From positions 13,454,001-13,518,000 of the forward strand of contig CM102286.1 of NCBI GenBank assembly GCA_046563655.1: a stretch of 64,000 bases of DNA. Direction: 5' to 3'. The position numbers and the translations under genes were made by a program. Under the pieces are notes generated by a model. That model had not been told where the DNA came from and ran no database searches. It saw only the letters and a program-made list of their open reading frames with translations. Every line of letters starts with the position of its first letter. The stretch's first letter is position 1. Below, one piece after another: positions 43,368 to 54,988 of the stretch. This DNA is from Yuukianura sp. NJ FZ-2021 (taxonomy: Eukaryota).

Positions 43368-43799
43368 TTTCAAAATTTGAAAAAAAAACAAATATGCTAG
43401 AGCTCAAAATTTGAAAAAGACTGAAGGTAGTGCTCAAAATTTCAGTTTCTCTGAAAAGTGGCCAAGTCCAGGCTTTATATTTCTTGGGAACTTTCCCGAA
43501 CCACGTTGCTCAATCCAAGGTTGTTCGCATACTATCAGCACAGGGCATAGCCATCACACCACACACTTAGATTAAGTGAGAGTCACACAGGCTAAAGTGC
43601 ACGTACTACATTCACTATAAACAGGAAAATTAAGAAATCATATAGACTTGCTCCACCCCAGGGCAATCCTGCGTCAGAATCAGAATCAGTTTCAACGTCA
43701 AAACAAAAGTTTTACAAAAACAAAGTTTTAAAGTTTTAGTAAACCGGATTTTTAAGGAACGAGATTGTGAAAGAAAACTTGTGAAAGACCTGTTATTAT

Positions 43800-43900
43800 T
43801 AAATACCGAAAGCCACTTTATGTTTGACGTTGTCTGTCTGTCTGTCTGTCAACGGGGCAACTATCTCGTTTAATTTAACCCCCGCTTAATCAGCGATTTA
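43800..43900 (-). mobile_element. Helitron/Helentron-type non-autonomous fragment with (TCTG)n
   Basis: Reverse complement reads (GACA)n...AAACATAAAGT..CTTTCG, like the 3' end of the element at 59395-59625. Confidence 0.4.
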
Positions 43901-44025
43901 AAACGTTTTATATCGTTATTAATTGGGAAGAAATATAAAGAAACAAATGGCATTGGGCCGGTTAGGAACGCTAACCTAAAACGATCCAATTTTCAATTGT
44001 TCGAGTCAAATTATTGTAACTTTAT

Positions 44026-44639
44026 TTAATAAAAATAAAGAATAACTTGGAATGCCATGTAGAATTGAATTCCATAGCCAATGAACCAGGCTAGAGCTCG
44101 TGCGGGTTGCGGAACAACGTAGACGGCGTACACGAAGGTGTGGGCAAGGCGGGCAAAACCGTAAACTTTGAACAGGAGACTGGCAAATGCAAAGGCTGGA
44201 TTTGTCAGTGTGTACAGGAGGGCAATGATCAGAAATGGAACGATGTTCTCAAGGTCGTTCAAATGAGCTCTGCAAATTTTGAATTTTCGCATTAAAAAAA
44301 CACATTAGAATTTCGAATTATGAAATTTTTTGTAGTTACCTTCGGACTCGTTCAATATCTGGATCTCCAAAAAGAACTTTGGCATTCTTTTTGTCAACTG
44401 AAGCGACGTCCTCGGGACTGACGAAAATCTGTTAAATACAAATCCTACACGTTTATGTCAATTGCTTATAATTTGTTAACCAACCGATTTGCAACTGAAA
44501 TTATTAAGTTTTTAAGTACTTTTTTCTGAAATCGAAATCTGGCTGTCAAAACTGACATGGCCATGACTTTAGCAATCAAAATTCCAGCCCAGAAGGCGTA
44601 GGTCCGGAAGAGTTCGTTGTCTACTTCGAACATTGCCAT
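44026..44639 (-). CDS. Mgst1: Microsomal glutathione S-transferase 1 (MAPEG), copy B
   Basis: Close paralog of copy A (RAHLNDLENIVPF, VPQPARA) with the same 3-exon structure and a duplicated upstream region. Confidence 0.93.
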
Positions 44640-45733
44640 TTTCAAAATCCGAAAACACTACTAGCGTAAGGTCAAAAATCCGAAAAAGCTAACGAGTGTT
44701 AGTGTTAAAAACCTCAGTTTCTCTGAAAAGTGGTTGTGGTTGTCAAGTGCAGTCAAACTTTTATTTCTTTTGAACCTTCCAGAACTATCACGTTACACAA
44801 TCCAAGGTTGTTCGCATGCTATCGCCATAGGGCATAGCCTTCACACACTTATCTTAAGTGGCTGGTCACACAGGCTAAAGTGCACATACTAACATTCACT
44901 ATCAAATGGAAAATTATGAAATTACATCTAATCATGAATGAAATCATATATGAAATAGACATCATGTGGCCCCAGAGTAATATTTCCCCGGAATCGGAAA
45001 TTAATGTGAGTGTAGAAGCAAGTTTTAAGTTCTTAGTTTATGTTCTTAGTAAACCGGTTTTATATGGAAAGAAATTGTTATTAAGGATCCTATGTTTATG
45101 TTAAAATGGAAAGATAGAAGTCATTTGTTTGAAATGAACCAGGTCTTAGAAAACATTCAGGTTATTCAAGTCAACCTACATGAATTAATTTCAATGGAAC
45201 GGTGTACTGCAAACTATAAAATTGTTAATCCTAACAATTACAAAATTACAAATGATTTTTTGTAGTAATAATTTTATAGGTTTGTGTTGTTTTGTTGTCG
45301 GTTTCGTGTAACTTTTGGGACAAAAAATTGGGGAAAAGTCAACTGGCGTTGAACTGATCGACATTTTCATCTTCATAAGAGACGAGTTTCGTCTTTTCTC
45401 AGCGTGCCCCAGTTCGTGAGTTCAAAAAAAGCGCGGGAGGGGCAAGAAGAAATTTTGAAAAACACAAAAAATCAAAACAAAAAGTCACCTCGTCTCAATT
45501 TCAATTTTACGAAAAACTACTTCCGTAAGAAACCATTTAATTCTTGATTAATCTTATTTGATACTATTGTCAGGTACCGATACTGAATTTGTTTTAGGAT
45601 AACGAGTTAACTTTGTCGGAGACGGTGTATCAACGTGTCGTAAGTCAGAACTCGTGCGCGAAATTGACTTGACTGAAGGTCGAACTGGAAACGGAGAAAC
45701 GTTAGGCATTTCGTTTTAGACAATGAAAGAAGC

Positions 45734-46876
45734 ATGAAGTCTTTAGTATCATGGTTGCTGACGTTTTTGCTATTAGTCACTTTGAGTTCCTCCGATCCAA
45801 AAGGCAAGACATACATTCTTATGGAATATATGTTAAGATGTTGAGTAATTTGTTCATTAGCCCGATATTTTTGTCTGAATTCCAGATAAAACTACATCAC
45901 CTCCGAAGTCTAAACAGCAAAATGAACGAAACAACGTCCTGTTACCGCCAATTGGACCTCCAAATATACAATCCAGTTCTGGCACTCCGCTATTATCTAG
46001 TCCAAAAACACTGCCAAGTTCAGAGTACCAGAGTACGATTGGTAGGAAACCGATGCTACCCTCAGAATATTCTTACCGAACCGTACGTCCATTCTCCTTT
46101 TGTATTTATTATTCTACGGGTAACAATAACAACATGCTGCTGTTTCGTTTCACAGATGGGGAAGATTGACGACAGAAACTACTGCGATATGGTCCAACCT
46201 GACGTTGAGTGTTCGGAACTGAGCGGAGACTGCTTGGATTGTAACTTCGACGTTGTCAAAAATACGTGTATTTACGGTAAAAACATTACTGTGGCATGCA
46301 CCCCGAAAGAAATGGTCATTTGCCAGGTAATCATTCCAACATTCTGAAGTTTTATTCACTTTTCTGGACACTTTCTGACTTATTTTTTCTTCTGTAGGGT
46401 GGACGCAAGTTTGACAAGGAAATTGTTTGCCAGTACTGTTACCAAACCCCTATTTGGCAACAAAGATGTAACGGAATGGCCATGTGCAACTCTATTGGTG
46501 CACCTCGATACCATTTTAGGTAAGCACAGTTCAAATTTTTCCTGTCAGTTAGCCGTTCGTGTGTGACTACAAACAATGTCCTTATAAAAACAGAGGAAAT
46601 TGCACCGTGTTACCAGAGGTCCTGTGTCTTGGAAGCCGCAGATTTCACCGAATGATACCCTGCAACTGGAAGAATGGCTACAAGTGGTCGACAACAATGC
46701 TGCTCAGTATCACACTGGGAGGATTCGGAGCTGATCGGTTTTACTTGGGAAGATGGCAAGAAGGAATTGGGAAGCTGTTCAGCTTTGGTGGATTGGGGCT
46801 ATGGACGTTTGTGGATATTATACTTATTGCTGTGAGGTACTTGGGCCCAGCCGATGGTTCAATCTACGTTGACTAG
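45734..46876 (+). CDS. amx: TM2 domain-containing protein 3 / almondex
   Basis: Signal peptide MKSLVSWLLTFLLLVTLSSS; Cys-rich ectodomain CQYCYQT, NCTVLPEVLCLGSRRF..CNW; TM2 domain GYKWSTTMLLSITLGGFGADRFYLG..GIGKLFSFGGLGLWT..YLGPADGSIY. Confidence 0.93.
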
Positions 46877-47158
46877 ATTCCTAAGTTCAAGTCCATGAAA
46901 GATCTCATTTAATTCGATTAACCCTAAATTGCTTACATTTAAATTTTAGTGTCTTTGTAAAGCTTTCATTGTTGCTTGCTCCATAACTCAACTTGTAAAT
47001 CGAATTTATAAGCGGTTTTTAAAAATCGCTTCCAGTTTTGTCAAGACTCCATTTTGAGAAAGCAATGTGTATGTTATTGGGCTTGGTGGTAAGTAAAGAT
47101 GTAATGAATTTGAATTTTGTGTAATTTGAAGCTAATTGGCACATGACTTTTTGTTTGT

Positions 47159-48850
47159 CTATAAGGGCTCTTGATCTTCTTCGACTTCTTCTTCCTCTTC
47201 CCCTCCTTCGCCGAGTTCATACAGAAGTTCAACAAGCTGGTCGTCTACAGGAGCTACAGCGGGCTCGGGCGGTCCGTCAACTGCCGGCTCAGCTAACGGC
47301 TCATATTCGACTGGAAGTTCTTCAGCTACTGGCTCAGGTTCGGCTGGAGGTTCTTCAACCACCGGCTCTGGTTCCGGTTCGGCTGGAACTTCTTCAACTA
47401 CCGGCTCAGGTTCAGGTACCGCTGGTGGTTCTTCAACAACGGGCTCCGGCTCTGGTTCGGCTGGAACTTCTTCAACTACAGGCTCAGGTTCGGGTGGAGG
47501 TTCTTCAACTACTGGCTCAGGTTCGGGTGGAGGTTCTTCAACAACGGGCTCAGGCTCTGGTTCGTCTGGAGGTTCTTCAACTACCGGCTCAGGTTCGGCT
47601 GGAACTTCCTCTGCCGCCTCAGGTTCGGCTGGAATTTCTTCAACCGCCAATGGTTCGTCGACGATTGCCTCTGGTTCAAAGAATTCTGCCCTGAGGGGCT
47701 CCTGCCCGTCATCGTCCAAAGTAGTTTCAAGAACAACTTCGTCCTCTTTGTCGGGACCTTCAGCGATCCATGCAAGCTCCTTTGGCATTTCTTCAGCGAT
47801 GACCTCAGTTTCAACCGGCTCTTCGGCCAGAACATCTTCCGGCTCAGCTTCAAGTGGCTCTTCGGCCAAAGCCTCCGCCTCAGCTTCGCCCAATGCAAAT
47901 TCTTCTACTGGTGGTTCCTCGTCCATGGCGGCTTCTTCAATCGGTTTTTCTTCCTCATTTTCACCCAACTCCGCAGCAGTTGTGTCAACCATTTCCTTTT
48001 TCTTGAGAAAATCTTCGTCAGTGATTGGCTCTGTCCCGGTATCCATAATTGTCGTAGTGGCAGCATCCGCAAACGTTTTGCAATTCGTTGTTAACGCTGG
48101 AGCACTGCATGACCGAGCTGCGACTTTGCTTTCCACGCACAATTCTGGACAAGTATTCTCACTTTCAGTCAAAAAGTTTAGAAATGCTGGGAGACTCATG
48201 ATCCGAAACATGCTGGAAGGTTGTGGCGGAGGTTCATCGGGACATCGCAGACACTGGTTGTCATACTCCGTTTCCGTGAGGTATTTACCAATAGTTGGAA
48301 TGGCGGTGGCCATTCTCTCCAAAAGTCGATCGAAGAATGCCACGATATAGAGATCATCTGTTTCTCCTGGAACGCAGGCGCCCGGGATTTCTGGAGCTGG
48401 TTCTGGTACAGGAACTGGTTCTGGTTCTGGTTCTAGTTCCATTTCAACCATTGGTTCTGGTTCTGGCTCCGGTTCCACGACTGGTTCTGGTTCGGGCTCC
48501 GGTTCAGGTTCAACTTCTGGTTCCGGTTCTGGTTCAACCTCTGGTTCAGGTTCGGGTTCGGCAACTTCATGAATGGAGTCATCTGAATTGTCATGAATAA
48601 GAATGCTCTCTACATCATGAGGTTGAAGGTTCCGAATGTCATTTACTTTAAATTGGCCAGTCATCGCCTTTGATTCTAACAAAATAGTGGACACGTTGGT
48701 CACTACCATCGTTAACTACCACCATACCACTATACTGGCCAGTATACTGCCAGCAGTTTTAAGAGAATTCGAAAATATTTGGAAGTAGTACTTACGACTT
48801 TCTAAAACTACTTCGTCCAGCTCCTCTTTCTGGTCCGTCGGATCGTCCAT
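47159..48850 (-). CDS. Orphan Glu/Pro-repeat acidic protein with a central Cys-containing domain (2 exons: 48850-48796, 48675-47159)
   Basis: Exon 1 [18 protein letters not shown] ends at a gtaagt donor and joins in frame at a ttttgttag acceptor to the 516-codon ORF. Confidence 0.8.
47290..47650 (-). repeat. Coding tandem repeat (EE(P/V)P(A/P)EPEP(EP)VV-like units, ~36-42 nt)
   Basis: About 8-9 imperfect copies in the translation; a second EPEPEV array lies at ~48400-48565. Confidence 0.85.
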
Positions 48851-49022
48851 TTTTTGTACTTTTGAATTTTAGTTTGAAAAAGCGCGGCGCAGGACTCAAT
48901 TTAGTCTTCTACGTTGAAAATTTCTGAAATTCTACGTAAGCGCCTGCGTACGTCTCAAGTTTTCTGCCGTTTTTTTAAAAATAATCTAAACAAATTGAAA
49001 AGTTTGCTAACTGAATCTATGG

Positions 49023-49036
49023 GTTGCTATGGCAAC
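49023..49036. promoter_or_regulatory. Near-palindromic RFX X-box
   Basis: GTTGCTATGGCAAC, ~175 bp upstream of the ATG at 48850 (minus strand). Confidence 0.75.
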
Positions 49037-49203
49037 AATCTTCGGTCAAGAGAGCGCTAGCGATTTGAACTTATCTATCCAATGCCCAGCTCCAGAATTA
49101 CGATTTGTAATACGACTTTTATTTCAACTTATACAATTTTGAACACAAACGAAAAATTTTGCAACTCCATTACTTCAGACTAGTCGCAAATTCGTAAAAT
49201 TGT

Positions 49204-49890
49204 TTAGACAATTACGCATCCGGCGCAGCAGCCTTTCTTTGGCTCCTCTGGTGGCATTTCTGCAACAATGTTTGGTTTCTTTGGTTTCTTTTTCTTCGGA
49301 GTTGCTGGAATACTTTTGGAACTGAAGCCAACCGGAATGTAGACCGGAGCCGATGCCGAAATTTCTACTTCAGGAACAACTTCAATTTCGGGTTCACCAG
49401 CTCCCGTGTCAACGATTTTCTCACATTCTCCAGCCTTACATGTGTCACATACGTTCTGTCCTTCTGTTAAGAAGTCTTCCAAGTCGTGTGTTAGAAACTC
49501 AAAAATGGTGCCATGGATACACTCCGTTCGTGGATCAGCATCGGTCAATGGCCCAACAAGTGTTGAGAGTCCGGTGAGTCCTGCCAGGTCATCTACAATG
49601 TCTGAGAAGATGTCAATGATGTCAGCTGGACTGCGACAGTAGTGTGGGCCTGGGGCAGTACCGACTGAAGGCGGTACTTGGACCGGTACGGTATTTTGAT
49701 TGACAGTTTGTGTCGTTGAGGTTGGTTTTAAGCTGAGACCACTTGGCTCTGGATTGGGCAAGTCTTCAACACTCTCCGGAGCGGGCACGTCTTCAACACT
49801 CTCCGGAGCGTCGAGACCATCGTTTAGGTTGATCATGACGTCTGAACCGATAGCGGGTGCGACGCCCATGCGCATTGTTGATTCGTCCAT
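49204..49890 (-). CDS. Orphan acidic protein with polybasic tract and C-terminal CaaX; paralogous domain to the neighbouring gene
   Basis: 228-aa single coding exon ending PKKKKPKKP...KKGCCAGCVIV*; AATAAA on the minus strand near 49118-49123. Confidence 0.8.
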   Translation of the reverse strand: MDESTMRMGVAPAIGSDVMINLNDGLDAPESVEDVPAPESVEDLPNPEPSGLSLKPTSTTQTVNQNTVPVQVPPSVGTAPGPHYCRSPADIIDIFSDIVDDLAGLTGLSTLVGPLTDADPRTECIHGTIFEFLTHDLEDFLTEGQNVCDTCKAGECEKIVDTGAGEPEIEVVPEVEISASAPVYIPVGFSSKSIPATPKKKKPKKPNIVAEMPPEEPKKGCCAGCVIV

Positions 49891-50668
49891 GTTTCAAGTG
49901 GAGCCTTTGCTTTTGGGCCAAAGTCTAAAGAACAAACTTAAGTTCAAATTCATTTTTTAAACTAATCATAAGGTACGATTACCTAAGTTTTCAGTAGTTC
50001 CAGACGCTCCAGTTGATCAGTATTGAGAAATATCGCAATTTTAGGCAGCAATTCAGCAATCCGCAGCCGCCATTTTGTTTTTCCATTGTTTAAAAACAAT
50101 TTGCTTTGGGACGATTTTGTTGGCATGGTTATTGTCTGGAAATTTTCATATAATAATTCATTGTTGCTGTAATAATCTACAGGTTTTGCTTGACAATGTA
50201 AAGTTGACATGGTCAACGAAAAGGTCAAAGGTCAAATTCTGTTTTTGACATTATTTGCCCATATATGCGTTCCAACGAGTCAAGGTGATGATGTGGACCT
50301 GTCACTCAAATTCAAATTCAGCTTATAACTTTTTAGTACAAGTTAATTTCGGTTTTTCAATTGATTAAGATTAATTCATTCATCAATCATTGGAATTCCA
50401 TTTGATTTAGAATTCGCTGATTCTGCACTGAGTCCATGATTTCTATGTGCTGAAAACAGCCATTTCGTAATCATTCAAGCGAAAAACAAGTTGGAAACTT
50501 TCTGGGCCAGGGAATTTAAGGTAACTTTTCACATTGTAATTTTTATTGAAAGTTCTAATTTATTTGAGAATTAACGTTTATGTGTTATAGTTTCTTCTGT
50601 TCCTTATACAGGAAGGACGACACCTACAAAGTATAACTGCTGAGCCGTGACAAGCGATATTTTTCAAT

Positions 50669-52315
50669 ATGCCAGATTCAACAAATTCAGAATCCTCCAA
50701 TTCGGGTGTTGGTGTCATCGACACGTCACCATTTCTATCGGACTGGGGATTCACCCTTAAAGAACTTTATAGCCTCGCACTCGTATTTTTTAAAGGTGAA
50801 ATTAACGTTAAACTAACATCAGATGAAGAGTCTTGTCATGTCGTTATGCTTTTTCAGATAAACAAGGGACGAAGGCAATGCACTTTTCTTACGAAGAGAG
50901 AATGAAATTAGTTGGACTGACATGTCAAGTAGCCAATGGTCCATTTGATCCTCTGACAGCTCCTCCATTAGGAGTTCTCGATGTAATCGGCAAGGATCGA
51001 AGGTGATTCACAAAATTGGATGATTTTATATTGATTATTCCTGTTCATTGAATCACAACTTTGTGTAACGTTGACAATAGGGTTGCGTGGCAGGCACAAG
51101 GAAACAAATCAAAATCGGATTCAATGTTCGAGTTTATAACAACGTTGGACAAGCAATCTCCACTTTTTAAACCATTTGTTGAAGCCCATAAGCGAGATGC
51201 AGAAGAGAGACAGCGGCGATTGAAAGAGCTTCAGTTGGTAGAAAATGAAAAGGAAGAGGGCTATCAAATTGCCAAGGAAAATGAACGTCAGGCGGAGTTT
51301 GAGAAAGGACTTCAAGACGAACAGAAACGTCAAGTTCAAGATGCACTGAACCAACAAACTTATGAACAATTTAAGACTTATGCTGAGCAACAATATCCAA
51401 GAAATCCAGAACAGGTAAGCCCTTCAGTCCCTCAAAGTCTACTAAAGGACTACGCAGCCCAATGGTTTTAAATCTCTCACTTCCAGCAAGCCGTTTTGAT
51501 TCGCCAATTACAAGATCAACATTACGAACAATACGTTCGGCAAATCTATCAACAACAACTGTTTCCTGAAACGGAAGATAATGGACAAGAAGAAGGCGCC
51601 GGGGAACCAGCCCAGAAGGCACAGGAATCACAAGTTGTAGAGACACAAGAATCAAAACAGGCACAAGATCTGATAAATGTTGCTGCTGAAGACCAAGAGG
51701 AAGCTAAAGATGACAGTAATAGTAGTGAACATGAATCTTCCATCGCTGCAGCTTCGATGTGGACCAGGAAAGATATTAAAGAATTCAAGGATTCCGTCCG
51801 AGCTGAGGGTGGAGAGGCCATTATCAAAGTTGGTCAAGGCGAATCCGTTACAGTAAGATTCAAAAATTACAAACTTAGCTCACTTACGTTAATGTTGAAT
51901 TCTTGTTGTTTTTATTACTAAGGTTCGAGTGCCGACACATGAAGATGGAACTTGCTTATTCTGGGAATTTGCTACCGACTCATACGACATTGGATTTGGC
52001 TTATTTTTTGAATGGACAAATGCCGATGAGCCTGTTTCGGTCCAAGTGACAGAAGAAGTGTCATCAGACGAAGAGGACGACCCAGAACTGGCTGCAATTC
52101 AACAGGATATTGAGAGAGGCAGGGAACTGCTTCCGAAAGACTCCAAACCGAATACAGATGTCATCATCCCTGTCTACCGTCGTGATGCCCACCAAGAAGT
52201 TTATGTCGGTAGTCACTTGTTTCCTGGCAAAGGTGTCTACTTGTTGAAATTCGACAATAGCTACTCTTTCTGGAGGTCAAAAACGCTTTACTACAGAGTT
52301 TACTATACCAAGTAA
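50669..52315 (+). CDS. ACBD3: Golgi resident protein GCP60 (ACBD + Q-rich + GOLD)
   Basis: [113 protein letters not shown]. Confidence 0.96.
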
Positions 52316-52951
52316 TTGTACGCTCTTCCTGTTTAGCAAGTTAAATTATTGTTTCGTGTTGGATGTATCAAAGGAACAGCAGAGTCTCGGTGCTTTTCTT
52401 CCAAGCGTAATTTAAATTGGCCCCTTCCAGTGCTTAATGTCGGACAACTTAAAACTAGATGTTAGTTTTTAGTTTTAATTTGAAACTGCGGCTGTTAATT
52501 TTGGTTACAATTAATCGGTTTTACAACAATAAATGTTATTTATTGAGCTAAATGCAAAATTTTGCCCATCTATGCACTGGGTGATGCTGTGCACGCGAGT
52601 GACTTTTAGTTGGACCAACGCTGCACGCCACTAGCGAATTTTTGGGAAACTATTCATACGGTTATTGCTCGTGGATTTCACCGCACGCCGAATTTTTACC
52701 ATCAATCGTTTTTGCCAAGGTGAGCTTAAATTTTGAAATTTTTGAATGATTGATACCATGTAAGGGTTGTCGGTGCGTTGTAGTTTCGTTTGGTGTATAA
52801 ATCATAACGATAGGTGAATCGGTGAATGGTTTATATCGTTTTTATCGTTTAATTGTATTTCGATGGAAATAGATTTTCGAATGTTAAGTAATGGTCACTG
52901 ACTCTTTTCTTTGTTTTAGTCTTTAAAACCTAAATCTCTACCCAATTCAAA

Positions 52952-54279
52952 ATGGGTAGAGAGGATAAGGCAACATGGAAGGCAAATTATTTCACCAAGT
53001 TGGTCCAGTATATGGAGGAGTATTCCAAGTGCTTCATCGTTGGAGCGGACAATGTTGGCTCGAAACAAATGCAGCAGATTAGGATTGGTCTTCGTGGAAC
53101 TGCTGTTGTTCTGATGGGTAAAAACACCATGATGCGAAAGGCCATCAAAGGGCATCTTGAGAAAAACCCGGCCCTGGAAAGGTGAGGATGTAAATACAAT
53201 ACATTAACTAAAATTGTTGGAATGCTGACAGTATTTTCTATTCCTTAGAATCATGCCTTACGTTCGAGGAAATGTTGGATTTGTTTTTACATCTGGTGAC
53301 TTGACCGAAGTTCGTTCTAAAATTTTGGAGAACAAAGTTCGAGCTCCAGCCAAGGCAGGCGCCCTTGCGCCATCGGACGTCATTATTCCAGCTCAGAACA
53401 CTGGACTTGGGCCTGAGAAAACCTCTTTCTTCCAAGCCTTGGCCATTGCCACGAAGATTTCAAAGGGAACTATTGAAATCATCAACGATGTCCACATTGT
53501 GAAGGTAACGTTACGCTTAATGAAATTCACCACAGGAATATAGGCTTATTATGGCAATGATTATTTTTGCACAGGAAGGAGAAAAAGTTGGAGCTTCAGA
53601 AGCTACGCTTTTGAACATGTTGAACATCTCTCCATTTTCTTACGGTCTTGTGGTAAGTTTGAACTTTGTCTCAACAATACAGATTTTCAACGCATAGTCT
53701 CTCAGCAGTATTAATTTTTTATTCAGGTTCAACAAGTTTACGAGAACGGAACAGTCTTTGAGCCGAAGATCCTTGACATCAAGCCAGAGGATCTCCGAGC
53801 CAAGTTCTTAGCTGGAGCTCGCAATGTTGCCGCAGTTTCGTTGGAAATTGGTTACCCAACTGTCGCTTCCGTTCCACACTCCATCGTAAATGGATTCAAG
53901 AAGTTGTTGGCTATCGCTGCCTCCTCCGATGTTTCCTTCAAAGAGGCTGAAACAGTGAAGGAATACCTCAAGGTACAGTTGACAAACCTCCAGCATGACA
54001 ATCAATCGCTTATTTTTTTGTTATCACATTCAAACATCTTGATATTTCTATTTCAGGATCCAAGCAAGTTTGCTGCTGCCGTTGCTGCTCCAGGTTAGTT
54101 TAAATAACAGCATGACCACTTAATTTCTCGCTAACTACTGATTAAAGCATTACTAATCTAAATCTTTGAATTTTTCAGTTGCTGCTTCTCCAGCGAAGGA
54201 AGCCAAGAAGGAAGAGCCGAAGAAGAAAGAAGAATCTGAGGACGAGGATGACGACATGGGCTTCGGTCTTTTTGACTAG
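52952..54279 (+). CDS. RpLP0: 60S acidic ribosomal protein P0 (uL10)
   Basis: [45 protein letters not shown]-terminal [19 protein letters not shown] 54277-54279. Confidence 0.98.
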
Positions 54280-54988
54280 TTTCATCCCACCCCAGTTTCA
54301 CTTGTTTCTCCTCGACATTATTTCGGTAATTGTCGTTTCAGAATAAAAACTATAAAATCCTAAACGTTTTATCATCGTTTCACTCTTTTCTGTTCATTCG
54401 GCTTCCCTCGTCGCTCGTCATTCACAATTTCTACACAGGAGACTTGCATATCGGCTGAAGATTCTACAAGGTTACAACAATAGATTTTTTTCGGTGGTCA
54501 AATTAAGCCGAATTATCCAACTCGTGCATATCCACATTGCATAAACTCGATTTTTTGTTCTGAAAATTGTTTCCTTGGCCGTTTTAACGCAAAGGCAGCA
54601 TGATCAGTGTATTAGTGCAGGGGTGAGTGGGTCTGGGTGGTGGTAGTACAGAGGCTATTGCACCCTTGGCTTTATTAGATGGAAATCTTGACAATAGAAT
54701 GTTGAACAATGACTTGTCCCTACGTATTATGTAACTTATAGCAACCGAGAGAGGGATGAGACATAGCCAACACTTAACACATCCACAGAGTTACGTTGGA
54801 CCAAGTTGATACGATCAAAGCACTTTTTGTACATTCATGGACGTCATCCCTCTCAAATCTGACGAGAATCTCCAAAGAACGGGTCTTCAAAAAACTTTAG
54901 TCTTTGGGAAGTATTTCTGCAACAGTTGAGTTGTAAACGGCTGAATTTTTTTTTAGTCTTTTACTGTCATTCTTAGAATCTACGGTGG

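Noticed and set aside
47290..47650. Regularly spaced repeats considered as a CRISPR-like array
   Set aside because: The units are in-frame coding repeats without unique spacers, in a eukaryotic context with no cas genes.
47143..48600. Plus-strand ORFs of 183, 200 and 101 aa
   Set aside because: Antisense shadows of the Glu/Pro-repeat gene, whose codon bias leaves the opposite strand open.
52720..54178. Possible snoRNAs in RpLP0 introns
   Set aside because: Only imperfect C boxes with CTGA at unsuitable spacing; no terminal stem or recognisable rRNA guide seen.
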